DNA of 64,000 nucleotides from Frankia alni ACN14a (GTDB lineage: Bacteria > Actinomycetota > Actinomycetes > Frankiales > Frankiaceae), in NCBI RefSeq assembly GCF_000058485.1, contig NC_008278.1:550962-614961 (forward strand), read 5' to 3'. A program made the position numbers and the translations under genes. The first letter of the stretch is position 1. Each line of letters starts with the position of its first letter. Shown here in pieces: positions 28,617-37,605 of the stretch. The notes under the pieces were generated by a model. It searched no databases, had not been told where the DNA came from, and saw only the letters and a program-made list of their open reading frames with translations.

Positions 28617-29399
28617 TCAGCTAGGACGGCGACGGGATGGCGGCACCGCCGGCCACCGAGCCTGCCCGAGGCCCGCCTGCCGGCGGGCGACAACACGCGG
28701 TTATGCGGACCGAGGCCGTAGGCGCGGCCTGGTGGCCGCCGGGGTCGAGCGCCGCCGGCAGCACGGTCACCCGGACCGTGGCGTTGCGGCGCCGTACGCG
28801 GGTAGCCGCACCGTCAAAAATGATCACAACGACTGCCCTCCTCCGCGTTGGGCGGGCATTCGCAGCCCGCGTGGCCCGTCCAGTGGGCGAAGGTGGCCGA
28901 GCGCCGTCCCATGCCGCCACGGCGCCGGGAGCGTCCGGTCCGCCTGCCCACCCTGCGAGATGGACGCTGCGGACGTCGTGCCCCGGAAATGCCACGACCA
29001 CAACGGGACGAACACTTGAACAACGAGGACCGACTGAACATCTACAAGAGTGCGCGACCGGGGGGCGTTGCGCAAGAGCCAACCGGCATGTCGAGCGGTC
29101 GCCACCGCACCGTCATGACAGGCACCTCGACCCGGTCGGGGCGGGAACGTCGACGTTGATCGGATCGTTCTGCCCCCTCGACCCGGTGGCCGTTCCCGGC
29201 CCGGCGGTCCCCGACCGGCCCGGGCGACTCCGGTGGAGGCGTCCGGGCCGGAGCCGGCGCTGTCGGGCGCAGGGAAGCACAGGCACGGGCCAGGCCGGTC
29301 TCGCCGGCCGCTTCGCCGTCAGGGCTCTGGCCGGTCCGGGTCCGCGTGAGTCCCGAGTCGGACCGGGCTGGGTCGGCCGGGTGAGCCGGGCCGGGTGGT

Positions 29400-29642
29400 T
29401 CAGGCCTGGCCCACCCGGGTGCGGTCGAACTCGCCGTCCCGCGCGCCGGCCAGGAAGGCGTCCCACTCGGCCGCGGAGAAGGCGAGCACGGGACCGCTGG
29501 GGTTCTTCGAGTCACGCACCACGATGCCCTCGCCCAGGGGAGCGACCTCCACGCACATGCCACCCGCTCCGTTGCTGTAGCTGCTCTTGCGCCAGGCCAG
29601 CTCGGCGGGACCGCCCAGATCGGGCTTCGCAAATCTGGTCAT
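29400..29642 (-). CDS. DUF397 domain protein
   Basis: WRKSSYSNGAGGMCVEVA signature. Overlaps the upstream XRE gene by 4 nt. Confidence 0.8.
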   Translation of the reverse strand: MTRFAKPDLGGPAELAWRKSSYSNGAGGMCVEVAPLGEGIVVRDSKNPSGPVLAFSAAEWDAFLAGARDGEFDRTRVGQA

Positions 29643-30500
29643 CTTAGTTCCTTTACGACGGAAAGTATCATCTGTGTGGATTCTTCCGGCCGCAGGGCGG
29701 CGGCCAGAAGGTGATTCATCTTCAACTTATAGCGCCGGACTTCGGCGGCACGCTCGATGTAAAGGCTGCCTGCCGCCTCTTCTATATAGACCACTTCGTG
29801 GTCTTCCGAATCGGGGAATCCGAGTATGGAGAATGCGCTGCCCAGGCCGGCGTGTGCGCCCACGGCGAACGGCAGGACCTGGATCGTCACATTCGGGAGT
29901 TCGGACCGTTTGGCGAGGAAATCGAGCTGATCGCGCATGACCGCCCGACCGCCGATCTCCCGACGCAGGACCGCCTCGTCCAGAACCACCCAGAGCCGGG
30001 GATGGTCGGGGGCGGTGAGCCGGCGCTGCCGGTCCATCCGCAGGGCGATCTTGCGTTCGACCTCCTCGTCGTCGGCCTCCGGGTCATCGGCCCGGATGAC
30101 CTGCCGGGCGTAGTCTCCGGTCTGGAGCAGCCCGTGGACGAGCTGGGGCTCGTACACCTGGATCGATGCCGCGTCACCCTCCAGGCCGATGTAGATCTCG
30201 AACCAGGCCGGGACGACGTCGTGGTAGGAGTGCCACCAGCCGTGACGGCGGGACTCCCGAGCCAGCGCCATCAGCGCGTCGCGCCGCTCACCCTCCGTGA
30301 CGCCATACAGGTTGAGCAGGTCCGACACGTCGCGAGTGCGTACCGGCACCCGCCCGTTCTCCATGCGGCTGACCTTGGAGACCGAGCAGCGCAGCAGTTG
30401 GCACACCTCGTCGACCGAGACGTCCGCCGCCTCTCGCAGTCGCCGTAACTCGGCACCCAGCCGCCGCCGCCGCACAGTCGGACCGCCGCTCGTGGCCATC
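29639..30500 (-). CDS. XRE-family HTH regulator with DUF5753 domain (partner of DUF397)
   Basis: HTH LGAELRRLREAADVSVDEVCQLLRCSVSKVSRMENG. The start was reassigned to MATSGG (ATG at 30498-30500, AAGGA RBS). Confidence 0.7.
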
Positions 30501-30716
30501 GCTAGTCCTTCGGTCTGCTGGGAGTGATGAGTGCATCCTGCCACTGGATCGCCACTCCTCATACACAGTGCACAGCTCTGGGTAGCAAAACTGTTACAGA
30601 AGCTCTTGCAGGCGGTCGAGGCGGGGGCCATGCTTCGAGTCTTGGTTTACTTTGAGTGGCGAACTCAACCCTCTGGGTGAGAACTTGGTATGGTGAGGAA
30701 TCACGGGGAGTAGTCA

Positions 30717-31433
30717 ATGGCGATCGTGTGGGGTCCGAGGCGTCGGTCCGGCAACCGTGCCGGAACGACTGGCTGGGCGGCATCGGTCCTGCCGCACGCC
30801 CCCGACACTCTCGCCACCTCCGCACCTCTGTCCGCCCCTGCCGTCCTGTCCTTCCCGTCCGTTCCGGACGTTCGGATCGCCACCACAACGACCACGGCGT
30901 GGGCGGCCATCGTGAGGGCTGCGGCCACCTGGTCGGCGACGAGTCGGTCCACGACGGCGCGGCACGTCGGCGTGCTGGCCTGGGGCGACGGGGGCGGCCG
31001 TCGACCGCCGGCTCCGGGCGGGTGGACATCGAGCCCCGTCCGGAGCCGGCCAACCCACCGTCGCGGGCCGGACCGACGCCTCTGCGGGCGTGACCGCGCA
31101 CCGGGGACAGCTCCACGGCTCTCATTATTCGGCAATTGGCTGAAAGGCGTGACAATGGCGACTCGCCGATTCCAGGTCTACGACGGAGATGGCGAACTGG
31201 TGGCCACCTTCCTGGAGTGGGAGGCGGCGCACTCCTGGGCACATCGCCGCGCCGGCGAGGCAGGAACCCGAAACCCGGTTCAGGTCGAGGACCGGGTCGA
31301 GCGGCGGACCTGGACGATCGATGCCGATCAATGCCGGCTCACAGTGTGGCGGCGCCGCGTGGAATACGGATACTGCGGTCGGCCGGAGGCGCGTCCCGTC
31401 GGCGCCGGCCGTAAGCACGTCTACGTCTCCTGA
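30717..31433 (+). CDS. hypothetical protein (S/T/P/R-rich N-terminal half, conserved-looking C-terminal about 90 aa; alternative start ATG 31155)
   Basis: GC3 is about 85 % throughout this frame. GGGGAG lies 10 nt upstream of ATG 30717, and AAAGG lies upstream of ATG 31155. No recognisable domain. Confidence 0.3.
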   Translation: MAIVWGPRRRSGNRAGTTGWAASVLPHAPDTLATSAPLSAPAVLSFPSVPDVRIATTTTTAWAAIVRAAATWSATSRSTTARHVGVLAWGDGGGRRPPAPGGWTSSPVRSRPTHRRGPDRRLCGRDRAPGTAPRLSLFGNWLKGVTMATRRFQVYDGDGELVATFLEWEAAHSWAHRRAGEAGTRNPVQVEDRVERRTWTIDADQCRLTVWRRRVEYGYCGRPEARPVGAGRKHVYVS

Positions 31434-32581
31434 ACGGGCCGGGCGGTCGCGATGCCGGGGTGTCCGGTGCTGGCGCCGGTGTCCTGGCCGTCGGCGGCAT
31501 AGGCCGGCTGCCGGACGCCCGCGCGCAGGGCCTCGAAGATGGCCACACCCTGCCCGACAAGTCCACTGGCGATCTCACCGATGCCCTCGGCGCCGTTGAG
31601 CACCGTGACGTTCGCGCCCGCCAGCCCTGAGGCCGCCTGCCGGACGATCTCCGGGAGCTGGTCGATGAGCATCCGGTCGAGAGCAACCCGGTTGTGCGAC
31701 GCGGCGGCCTCGGCCTGGATCCTCATCTTCTCGGCCTCGGCGAGGGCGAGGACGCGAACCCGCTCGGCCTCCGCCTCCGCGGGCTTGACGACCTCGGTGA
31801 CGAGTTGCTGCTGGCGCAGCTGAGCCTCCCGTTCGGCCAGCTCGGTCCGGGCCGCGGTCACCGCGACCTCCGCCTGGGCCTGCGCAAGCGGTCCGGCCTG
31901 CGCGGCCTCGGCCTGGGCTCGGTCGATCTCCGCCCGGTACTGGGCCTGGACGATGGAGGTCTGCCGGGCGTACTCCGCCTGCGCCCGCTGCGAGCGCTGC
32001 TCGGCCTCGGCGGCGGCCTGGTTGGCCTCGGCCTGGGCGATCTGCGCCTGGCGCTGGATGGCGGCGTTGTGCGGCGCCGCGATCGCCGCGATGTAGCCGA
32101 GTCTGCCGTCGTCGATGGACTGGATCTGCAACGCGTCGACGGTCAGCCCGATCCGGGCCATCTCCGCCTTCGACCCGTCGAGTACCTCGGTGGCGAGTTT
32201 CTGCCGGTCACGGATGATCTCCTCGACCGTCATCGAGCCGATGATCGAACGCAGGTGGCCGGAGAAGATCCGCCCGGTCAGCACGGCCATCTGGCCCTGG
32301 TCGGACAGGAAGCGCTGGCCGGCGTTGACGATGCTCTCGCTGTCGTTGCCCACCTTGAAGGCGATCACGGCGCGGACGTTCAGGGAGATTCCCTGGTGAG
32401 TGACGCACGTCTCCGTGACCTCGGCCTCGCACATCGCCAGGGTCAGGAAGCGGACCTTGCGGAAGAACGGCAGAATGAATCCGCCGTGACCGGTGATCAC
32501 CTTGAAAGGCATCCCACCGCGGTTCTTCCCGCCCGAGATCAGCATCGCCTGGTCGGGTGCGGGGACTCGGTAACCAAACAC
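31421..32581 (-). CDS. flotillin-like SPFH protein (YqiK/FloT-like)
   Basis: SPFH domain followed by a long AQAEA coiled coil. GTG start. Confidence 0.7.
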   Translation of the reverse strand: MFGYRVPAPDQAMLISGGKNRGGMPFKVITGHGGFILPFFRKVRFLTLAMCEAEVTETCVTHQGISLNVRAVIAFKVGNDSESIVNAGQRFLSDQGQMAVLTGRIFSGHLRSIIGSMTVEEIIRDRQKLATEVLDGSKAEMARIGLTVDALQIQSIDDGRLGYIAAIAAPHNAAIQRQAQIAQAEANQAAAEAEQRSQRAQAEYARQTSIVQAQYRAEIDRAQAEAAQAGPLAQAQAEVAVTAARTELAEREAQLRQQQLVTEVVKPAEAEAERVRVLALAEAEKMRIQAEAAASHNRVALDRMLIDQLPEIVRQAASGLAGANVTVLNGAEGIGEIASGLVGQGVAIFEALRAGVRQPAYAADGQDTGASTGHPGIATARPVQET

Positions 32582-32596
32582 GCCGTGAACCTTTCG

Positions 32597-32836
32597 TCAG
32601 AGATCGCCGCCGAAGACGGCGGCGGGATCCAGCCACGGCACCACCTCGACGGTCCGAGGCCCGCGCGTTCCGATGACCAGCACGGAGGCGCCCTTGGGCA
32701 GCGGAGTGTCGGACAGGGCGAGGAAAGTCTCGATTCCGCCGCGTACCCGCACCACCACCTCGCCCGGCCCGGCGTCGCCCCGAGTGCCCACGATGAGCGC
32801 GCCGACGCGGCCGATGACGGACGGATCGCCCACCAT
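32597..32836 (-). CDS. NfeD-like OB-fold protein (short form)
   Basis: 79 aa (MVGDPSVIGRVGALIVGTRG...GEVVVRVRGGIETFLALSD...GASVLVIGTRGPRTVEVVP). Strong GAGGAGGAGG RBS. Lies immediately upstream of the flotillin gene. Confidence 0.55.
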   Translation of the reverse strand: MVGDPSVIGRVGALIVGTRGDAGPGEVVVRVRGGIETFLALSDTPLPKGASVLVIGTRGPRTVEVVPWLDPAAVFGGDL

Positions 32837-33268
32837 CCTCGAACCTCCTCCTCGCACGCGGGGCGCGGAAGGCCATGGCTGAACGGTCGTTGCAGGCGAG
32901 AAGAGACTACAAGTCGCCATCCTTGGGATCAGGAGCTTGTCGCTGTCGCCTTCTGTATTGACCAGACGCTGGTCGTCTGGAGCAGTCCGGTCCACGCTGA
33001 CCGCATCTCCGTCAGCCGCTGACGGCCGGACCGGCCGGTTCTGGCGCTCGTCGGCCCGGCTCGAACCGGCGCCGGTAGGCGGTCGGCGTGAGGCCGGTGC
33101 GTCGACGCAGAGCGACCCGTAGACCCGCGGCGGTCCCGAGACCACTGGCCCGGGCCACGAGATCGAGGCGTTGTTCCCCCCGTTCGAGCAGCCGGCAGGC
33201 CAAGGTGACCCGTTCGGCGGTCAGCCACGTGGAAGCGACAACAGGGCACGCCCCCATCTGAATCGGTC

Positions 33269-34063
33269 TCACGAGTGGTCCGATCCCGGCGCGAGCGGAC
33301 CGGCGCCGGGGACTGCTACGCCGGACTCGTACGCGGCGACCACGAGCTGCGCCCGATCGCGCGCCCCAAGCTTGGTCAGTAGCCGGCTGACGTGCGTCTT
33401 GACGGTGGTGACGCCGACGAACAGCCGCCTGGCGATCTCGGAGTTCGACAGCCCCGCTGCGACCTGGACGAGCACCTCGCGCTCCCGCTCCGTCAACCGG
33501 GTCAGCTCCTCGCCCCGGACGGGCCGCTGTGGCCGCTGGGCGAACTCGGCGATGAGACGCCGGGTGACGCTCGGGGTCAGCAGCGCGTCGCCGGCGGCCA
33601 CGATCCTGATCGCGGCCAGGAGGTCCTCCGGACGAGTGTCCTTCAGGACGAATCCGCTGGCGCCGCCACGCAGGGCCGCGAAGACGTGTTCATCCTGATC
33701 GAAGGTCGTCACCACGAGGACGCGTGTCGCGGCGGTGCCAGGGTCCGCAGCGATGATCCGCATCGCCTCCAAGCCGTCCATGATCGGCATACGGATGTCC
33801 ATGAGAACGACATCCGGGCGCAGGTGCCTGGCCAACCGCACCGCCTGCGCGCCGGTCCCGGCCTCCGCGATCACGGCGAGATCGGGAGCGGAGTCGACCA
33901 GCACTCGGAAACCGGCGCGCACCAGAGCCTCGTCGTCGGCGATGAGGACCCGGACGCGACCGTCCGCCGCCGGCACGGGGCGGGACGGACGGTCGGAATC
34001 AGCGCGGCTACTGAGCCCTTCCTGGGTCTCCGCCGATGCAGAGCCATCGGCTGTCACCACCAT
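33269..34063 (-). CDS. NarL/LuxR-family response regulator
   Basis: REC domain (VLIADDEALVRAG...DVVLMDIRMP) plus LuxR HTH (LTEREREVLVQVAAGLSNSEIARRLFV). Its ATG overlaps the kinase stop (TGATG). Confidence 0.8.
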   Translation of the reverse strand: MVVTADGSASAETQEGLSSRADSDRPSRPVPAADGRVRVLIADDEALVRAGFRVLVDSAPDLAVIAEAGTGAQAVRLARHLRPDVVLMDIRMPIMDGLEAMRIIAADPGTAATRVLVVTTFDQDEHVFAALRGGASGFVLKDTRPEDLLAAIRIVAAGDALLTPSVTRRLIAEFAQRPQRPVRGEELTRLTEREREVLVQVAAGLSNSEIARRLFVGVTTVKTHVSRLLTKLGARDRAQLVVAAYESGVAVPGAGPLAPGSDHS

Positions 34064-35634
34064 CAGACTGCATCCTGTCCGGCAGGACACGGCTGGACCG
34101 ATGTCGGCGGGCGCTCACAGGACCGATCTGCCATGACGATTGCGGGTGGGAGGGGGAACCGGGCCACGACCGCGAATCCCCCACCTTCATGGGGGCCGGC
34201 GCTGAGCGTGCCGGCGAAGAGCTCCGCTCGCTCGCGCATCCCGACGAGGCCCAGCCCGGGGCCTGATGCTGTGTCCGGCTCGGGTCGCCCCGAGGCTGAG
34301 CCGGTCGGTGCATCGGCCAGGCCGCAGCGCGCCTGGTCGATCCGGCGATCTGCCGGTGTCGCCTCGCTGTGATGATGCTCTGGGCTGCCTGGTGAGGTAC
34401 GCCCGTCATCGACGATGCGCACGACCAGTTCCCGCGGCCCGTCGTGCACGCTGACCTGGGCCTCGGTGGCGTCGGCATGCCGAACCACGTTCGTCAGTGC
34501 TTCTTGGACGATGCGGTACACCGAGGTTTCCAGGACCGGGAGATAGCAGCGCTCGGTGCCGGTGCGCCGGTATGACGTGCGGAACCCATGTCGCTGCAGC
34601 CCGGCGACCAGATGGTCGAGGTCTGCGAGCTTCGGCTCGGTGATCCTGGCCGGTGCGTCAGCACTGAACCGTTCGTCAGCTTGCACTGATTCGGCGCGCT
34701 CGGGCTGCCCGCTCGACGGGACCGTCTGATCCGCCCGGCTCGAGACTCCGGTCGGCTCTCTTTCTGGTCGCGCTGTCAGCGTCGCATCCGATCGGCCGGA
34801 TGGCTCCTCGATCTCCTGGCGGGTACTGCGCAGGACGCGGCGTACCTCGTCGAGAGCTGAGCGGCTCGTCGTCTCGATGACGCTCAGTGCCTCGCGTGCC
34901 TCGCGCGGGTCCTCGAGCAGACGCGCAACTCCGGACCGGACCGCGATCAGGCTCAGCGTGTGCGACACGACGTCGTGGACGTCCCGAGCGACTCGAAGCC
35001 GTTCTTCGGCGCGGATCCGGCGCTCCCGCTCCGCGGCCTCTCGGCGCGCCTCCAGCGCAAGCCGACACCGATAGCGGCGGCGGGTGCGGAAGGCATCGCC
35101 GACCAGCCAGGCCGCTGCGGCGATGAGTGCCTGGACCAGATCCTGTTCCTGATCGGGATACAGGCGCATGGCGACGGCGGTGGAGACCGCGATCGATGCG
35201 ACTGCCGCCGTGCTCGCGGCCAGTGACGTTCGCCTGGGGTGGTGATCGGCGACGGTGAGGACGGCAACGCCGAGCGCTGGTCCGGCGTTGCTGACCAGCG
35301 GCGTGAAGCGGACCCCTGCGAACGCGGCCGCGCAGAGGACCGCGGTGACGCTGGCGAGCACGGGAAGCGGCCAGCGTCGGGCTGCTATCAGCGGGGCGGC
35401 GCAGAGCACCCCGAACAGCAGGATGTGCGAAGTTGAGCCGTAGGCGTCAGCCCCAGGCGAGACCGTCGGAGTCAGGGCGGCGGGCAGGCTGAACAGGGCG
35501 AAGGAAGCAAGGGCAACCGCGACGTCGACGGCGCCGGGTCCTGCACTGCGGCCGACCTTGGCGGACCCGGCGAATTCCTGCATGCGTGCGGGCCGATGGG
35601 TCGGGCCGGACGGGGCCGGCGTGATGAGCGCCAT
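34063..35634 (-). CDS. sensor histidine kinase (HisKA_3 / NarX-like) with low-complexity inserts
   Basis: H-box VARDVHDVVSHTLSLI and HATPase motifs (IVQEALTNVVRHA, GLGLVGMRERAELFAG). N-terminal TM segments. The start is uncertain (35634 or 35583). Confidence 0.7.
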   Translation of the reverse strand: MALITPAPSGPTHRPARMQEFAGSAKVGRSAGPGAVDVAVALASFALFSLPAALTPTVSPGADAYGSTSHILLFGVLCAAPLIAARRWPLPVLASVTAVLCAAAFAGVRFTPLVSNAGPALGVAVLTVADHHPRRTSLAASTAAVASIAVSTAVAMRLYPDQEQDLVQALIAAAAWLVGDAFRTRRRYRCRLALEARREAAERERRIRAEERLRVARDVHDVVSHTLSLIAVRSGVARLLEDPREAREALSVIETTSRSALDEVRRVLRSTRQEIEEPSGRSDATLTARPEREPTGVSSRADQTVPSSGQPERAESVQADERFSADAPARITEPKLADLDHLVAGLQRHGFRTSYRRTGTERCYLPVLETSVYRIVQEALTNVVRHADATEAQVSVHDGPRELVVRIVDDGRTSPGSPEHHHSEATPADRRIDQARCGLADAPTGSASGRPEPDTASGPGLGLVGMRERAELFAGTLSAGPHEGGGFAVVARFPLPPAIVMADRSCERPPTSVQPCPAGQDAV

Positions 35635-35789
35635 GGAATGTGACGGTAGACGCCGAGGTCGGCTTCCGGCGTCCCTCCACAGGATGACTCGGGCCATCCG
35701 CCTCCGGTCGGACGAGCCGCGCCGAGTCCACCCCTCGAAGGACCCGAGGATGGTTCCGGCGATGGACGACAGGCCGGCCCAAGAACGCG

Positions 35790-36470
35790 ATGTTGATGGA
35801 CATGAAGCCGCGTCCATCCGCTCCCTCCCGTCCAGCTGGCGCCTCGCCGCGCAGAGCCGTCACCGTCCGACCACGGCTCCGGGACTGGCCGTACAGGCAT
35901 CCCCGAACCGTTCCCTCGCGTCGGGTAACCGCAGGGCTGTCGCCCGTTCTGGCCGGCTTCGCCGTGAGCGCTTTCAGTGCAGGCGTCGTCTCGGGCTACC
36001 TCACGTACCAGCACCGGTCCTCGGTGCGCGCGGAGCACAGCGCGGGCACTGCCGCCTGGGGGCCACACCTCGCCGTGCTGATTCTGGCCGGAGTTCTCGC
36101 CACCGGTTCATGGCTGCGTCGCCGGCGGCCTTCGACCGAGTGGCGTGCCCGGGGCGCGCTGCCTGCGCCGCTCGGCCGGCCCGCGGCACGGCGGATCACG
36201 TTGACGGCGCTCGCTGTCCGCCGCCGCCCGGCGGAGCTGTGGCGGCTCGCTGTTCTCGCCGCCTCGGCCGTGGTGCTGCTCTACCTGTGTTGGCGGGCCG
36301 GGTTGCAGGTGCTGGGGGGACTGGACCCGAACTTCACGGCGAATGCGTGGGGCGGCCCCAGCTATGCGGGGGCGATGGCCTGCCACTATCTCGATCTTGC
36401 GGTTATCGGTGCGGTCGTCGCGGGACTGCTCGATCGGGCCCTGCTACCGGTCCCAGCGGGCCGTGGCTAG
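35790..36470 (+). CDS. hypothetical membrane protein
   Basis: Several hydrophobic helices. GC3 is only moderate and the start is unclear. Confidence 0.3.
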   Translation: MLMDMKPRPSAPSRPAGASPRRAVTVRPRLRDWPYRHPRTVPSRRVTAGLSPVLAGFAVSAFSAGVVSGYLTYQHRSSVRAEHSAGTAAWGPHLAVLILAGVLATGSWLRRRRPSTEWRARGALPAPLGRPAARRITLTALAVRRRPAELWRLAVLAASAVVLLYLCWRAGLQVLGGLDPNFTANAWGGPSYAGAMACHYLDLAVIGAVVAGLLDRALLPVPAGRG

Positions 36471-36576
36471 CTCCTGGCAGGGCGGACTGGCTCTGGTAGT
36501 GTGAGCGCAGCCGTAAATGATCTTTTTGAGGAGGTGGGACCCATTTCCGCGGTATCAAGGTGGGTGTACTCCTCCC

Positions 36577-37479
36577 ATGATCACATGTGGTTCGACCAGG
36601 CCTGGTGATCGGGAGGACGCCCTTCGGTGTCCCGAAAGGCTTCCCGTGTCGTCATTGCCTTCGTCCCTTCCGCCGTCTCTCTCGTTGCCCCACATCGTTC
36701 ATCGGCTGCGTGCCGCAGGCTGCGTCTTCGCCGAGGACGAGGCCCGGCTGCTTGTGGGCGCTGCCCGGACAGCCGCCGAGCTGGCCGCGATGGTTGACCG
36801 CCGGGTCGCCGGCCAGCCCTTGGAACACCTTCTCGGCTGGGTCGAGTTCTGCGGCCTGAGGATCGCGGTAGAGGCCGGTGTGTTCGTGCCCCGGCGCCGT
36901 ACCGAGTTCCTCGTCCGACAGGCCCTCGGCCAGGCCGTTGGCCGGCCCGGCGAGGTCGTGGTCGACCTGTGCTGTGGATCCGGTGCAGTGGCTGCCGCAC
37001 TGCTCGCGGCTCTGCCCGCTGCTGAGGTGCACGCCGCCGACATCGAGCCTGCCGCGGTGCGCTGCGCTCGGCGCAACGTCGCCGGCGGGGGCCTGGTGCA
37101 CGAGGGTGACCTGTTCGCCGCGCTCCCCAGGACGCTGCGGGGACGTGTGGATCTCCTGGTGGTCAACGCGCCGTATGTCCCGACCGACGCGATCGGCCTG
37201 ATGCCGCCCGAGGCGCGGGAGCACGAGCCCCGACTGGCTCTCGATGGTGGAACGGACGGCCTCGACGTGCTGCGACGGGTCGTCGTCGACGCGCCGTCCT
37301 GGCTGGCCCCGGGCGGCAGCCTCCTGTTCGAGACCAGCGCGCAGCAGTCGCCCGCGCTCGCTGACGCGGTCACCCAAACCGGGCTGATCGTCCGGATCGT
37401 CCAGTCCGAGGAATCGGCAGCCACCGTGGTTGTCGCGGTCTCTCGGGCCGCAGACGCGGCAACGTCGGACCGACGGTGA
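36577..37479 (+). CDS. HemK/PrmC-like protein N5-glutamine methyltransferase family protein
   Basis: SAM motif VVDLCCGSGAV and the NPPY-type motif VVNAPYVP. Confidence 0.65.
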   Translation: MITCGSTRPGDREDALRCPERLPVSSLPSSLPPSLSLPHIVHRLRAAGCVFAEDEARLLVGAARTAAELAAMVDRRVAGQPLEHLLGWVEFCGLRIAVEAGVFVPRRRTEFLVRQALGQAVGRPGEVVVDLCCGSGAVAAALLAALPAAEVHAADIEPAAVRCARRNVAGGGLVHEGDLFAALPRTLRGRVDLLVVNAPYVPTDAIGLMPPEAREHEPRLALDGGTDGLDVLRRVVVDAPSWLAPGGSLLFETSAQQSPALADAVTQTGLIVRIVQSEESAATVVVAVSRAADAATSDRR

Positions 37480-37605
37480 GGGAACAGACCCTCGAAGATG
37501 AAGCACCCCTGGCGGAGGGCCGGCGGGGTAGTCGTCGTCCGACGTATGTTCGGGCCTTTTCCGCTCGCGCCGCGAAAAATGATCACGGTGTGGGAAGGGG
37601 TGTGG

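Noticed and set aside
28637-29647. 336-aa plus ORF in the relic region
   Set aside because: It is an Arg/Pro-rich nonsense-like translation with no RBS and no consistent GC3.
30717-31154. N-terminal half of ORF 30717..31433 as definite coding
   Set aside because: GC3 supports coding, but the S/T/P/R-rich sequence is atypical. I kept the whole ORF at low confidence with the alternative start at 31155, and did not call a domain.
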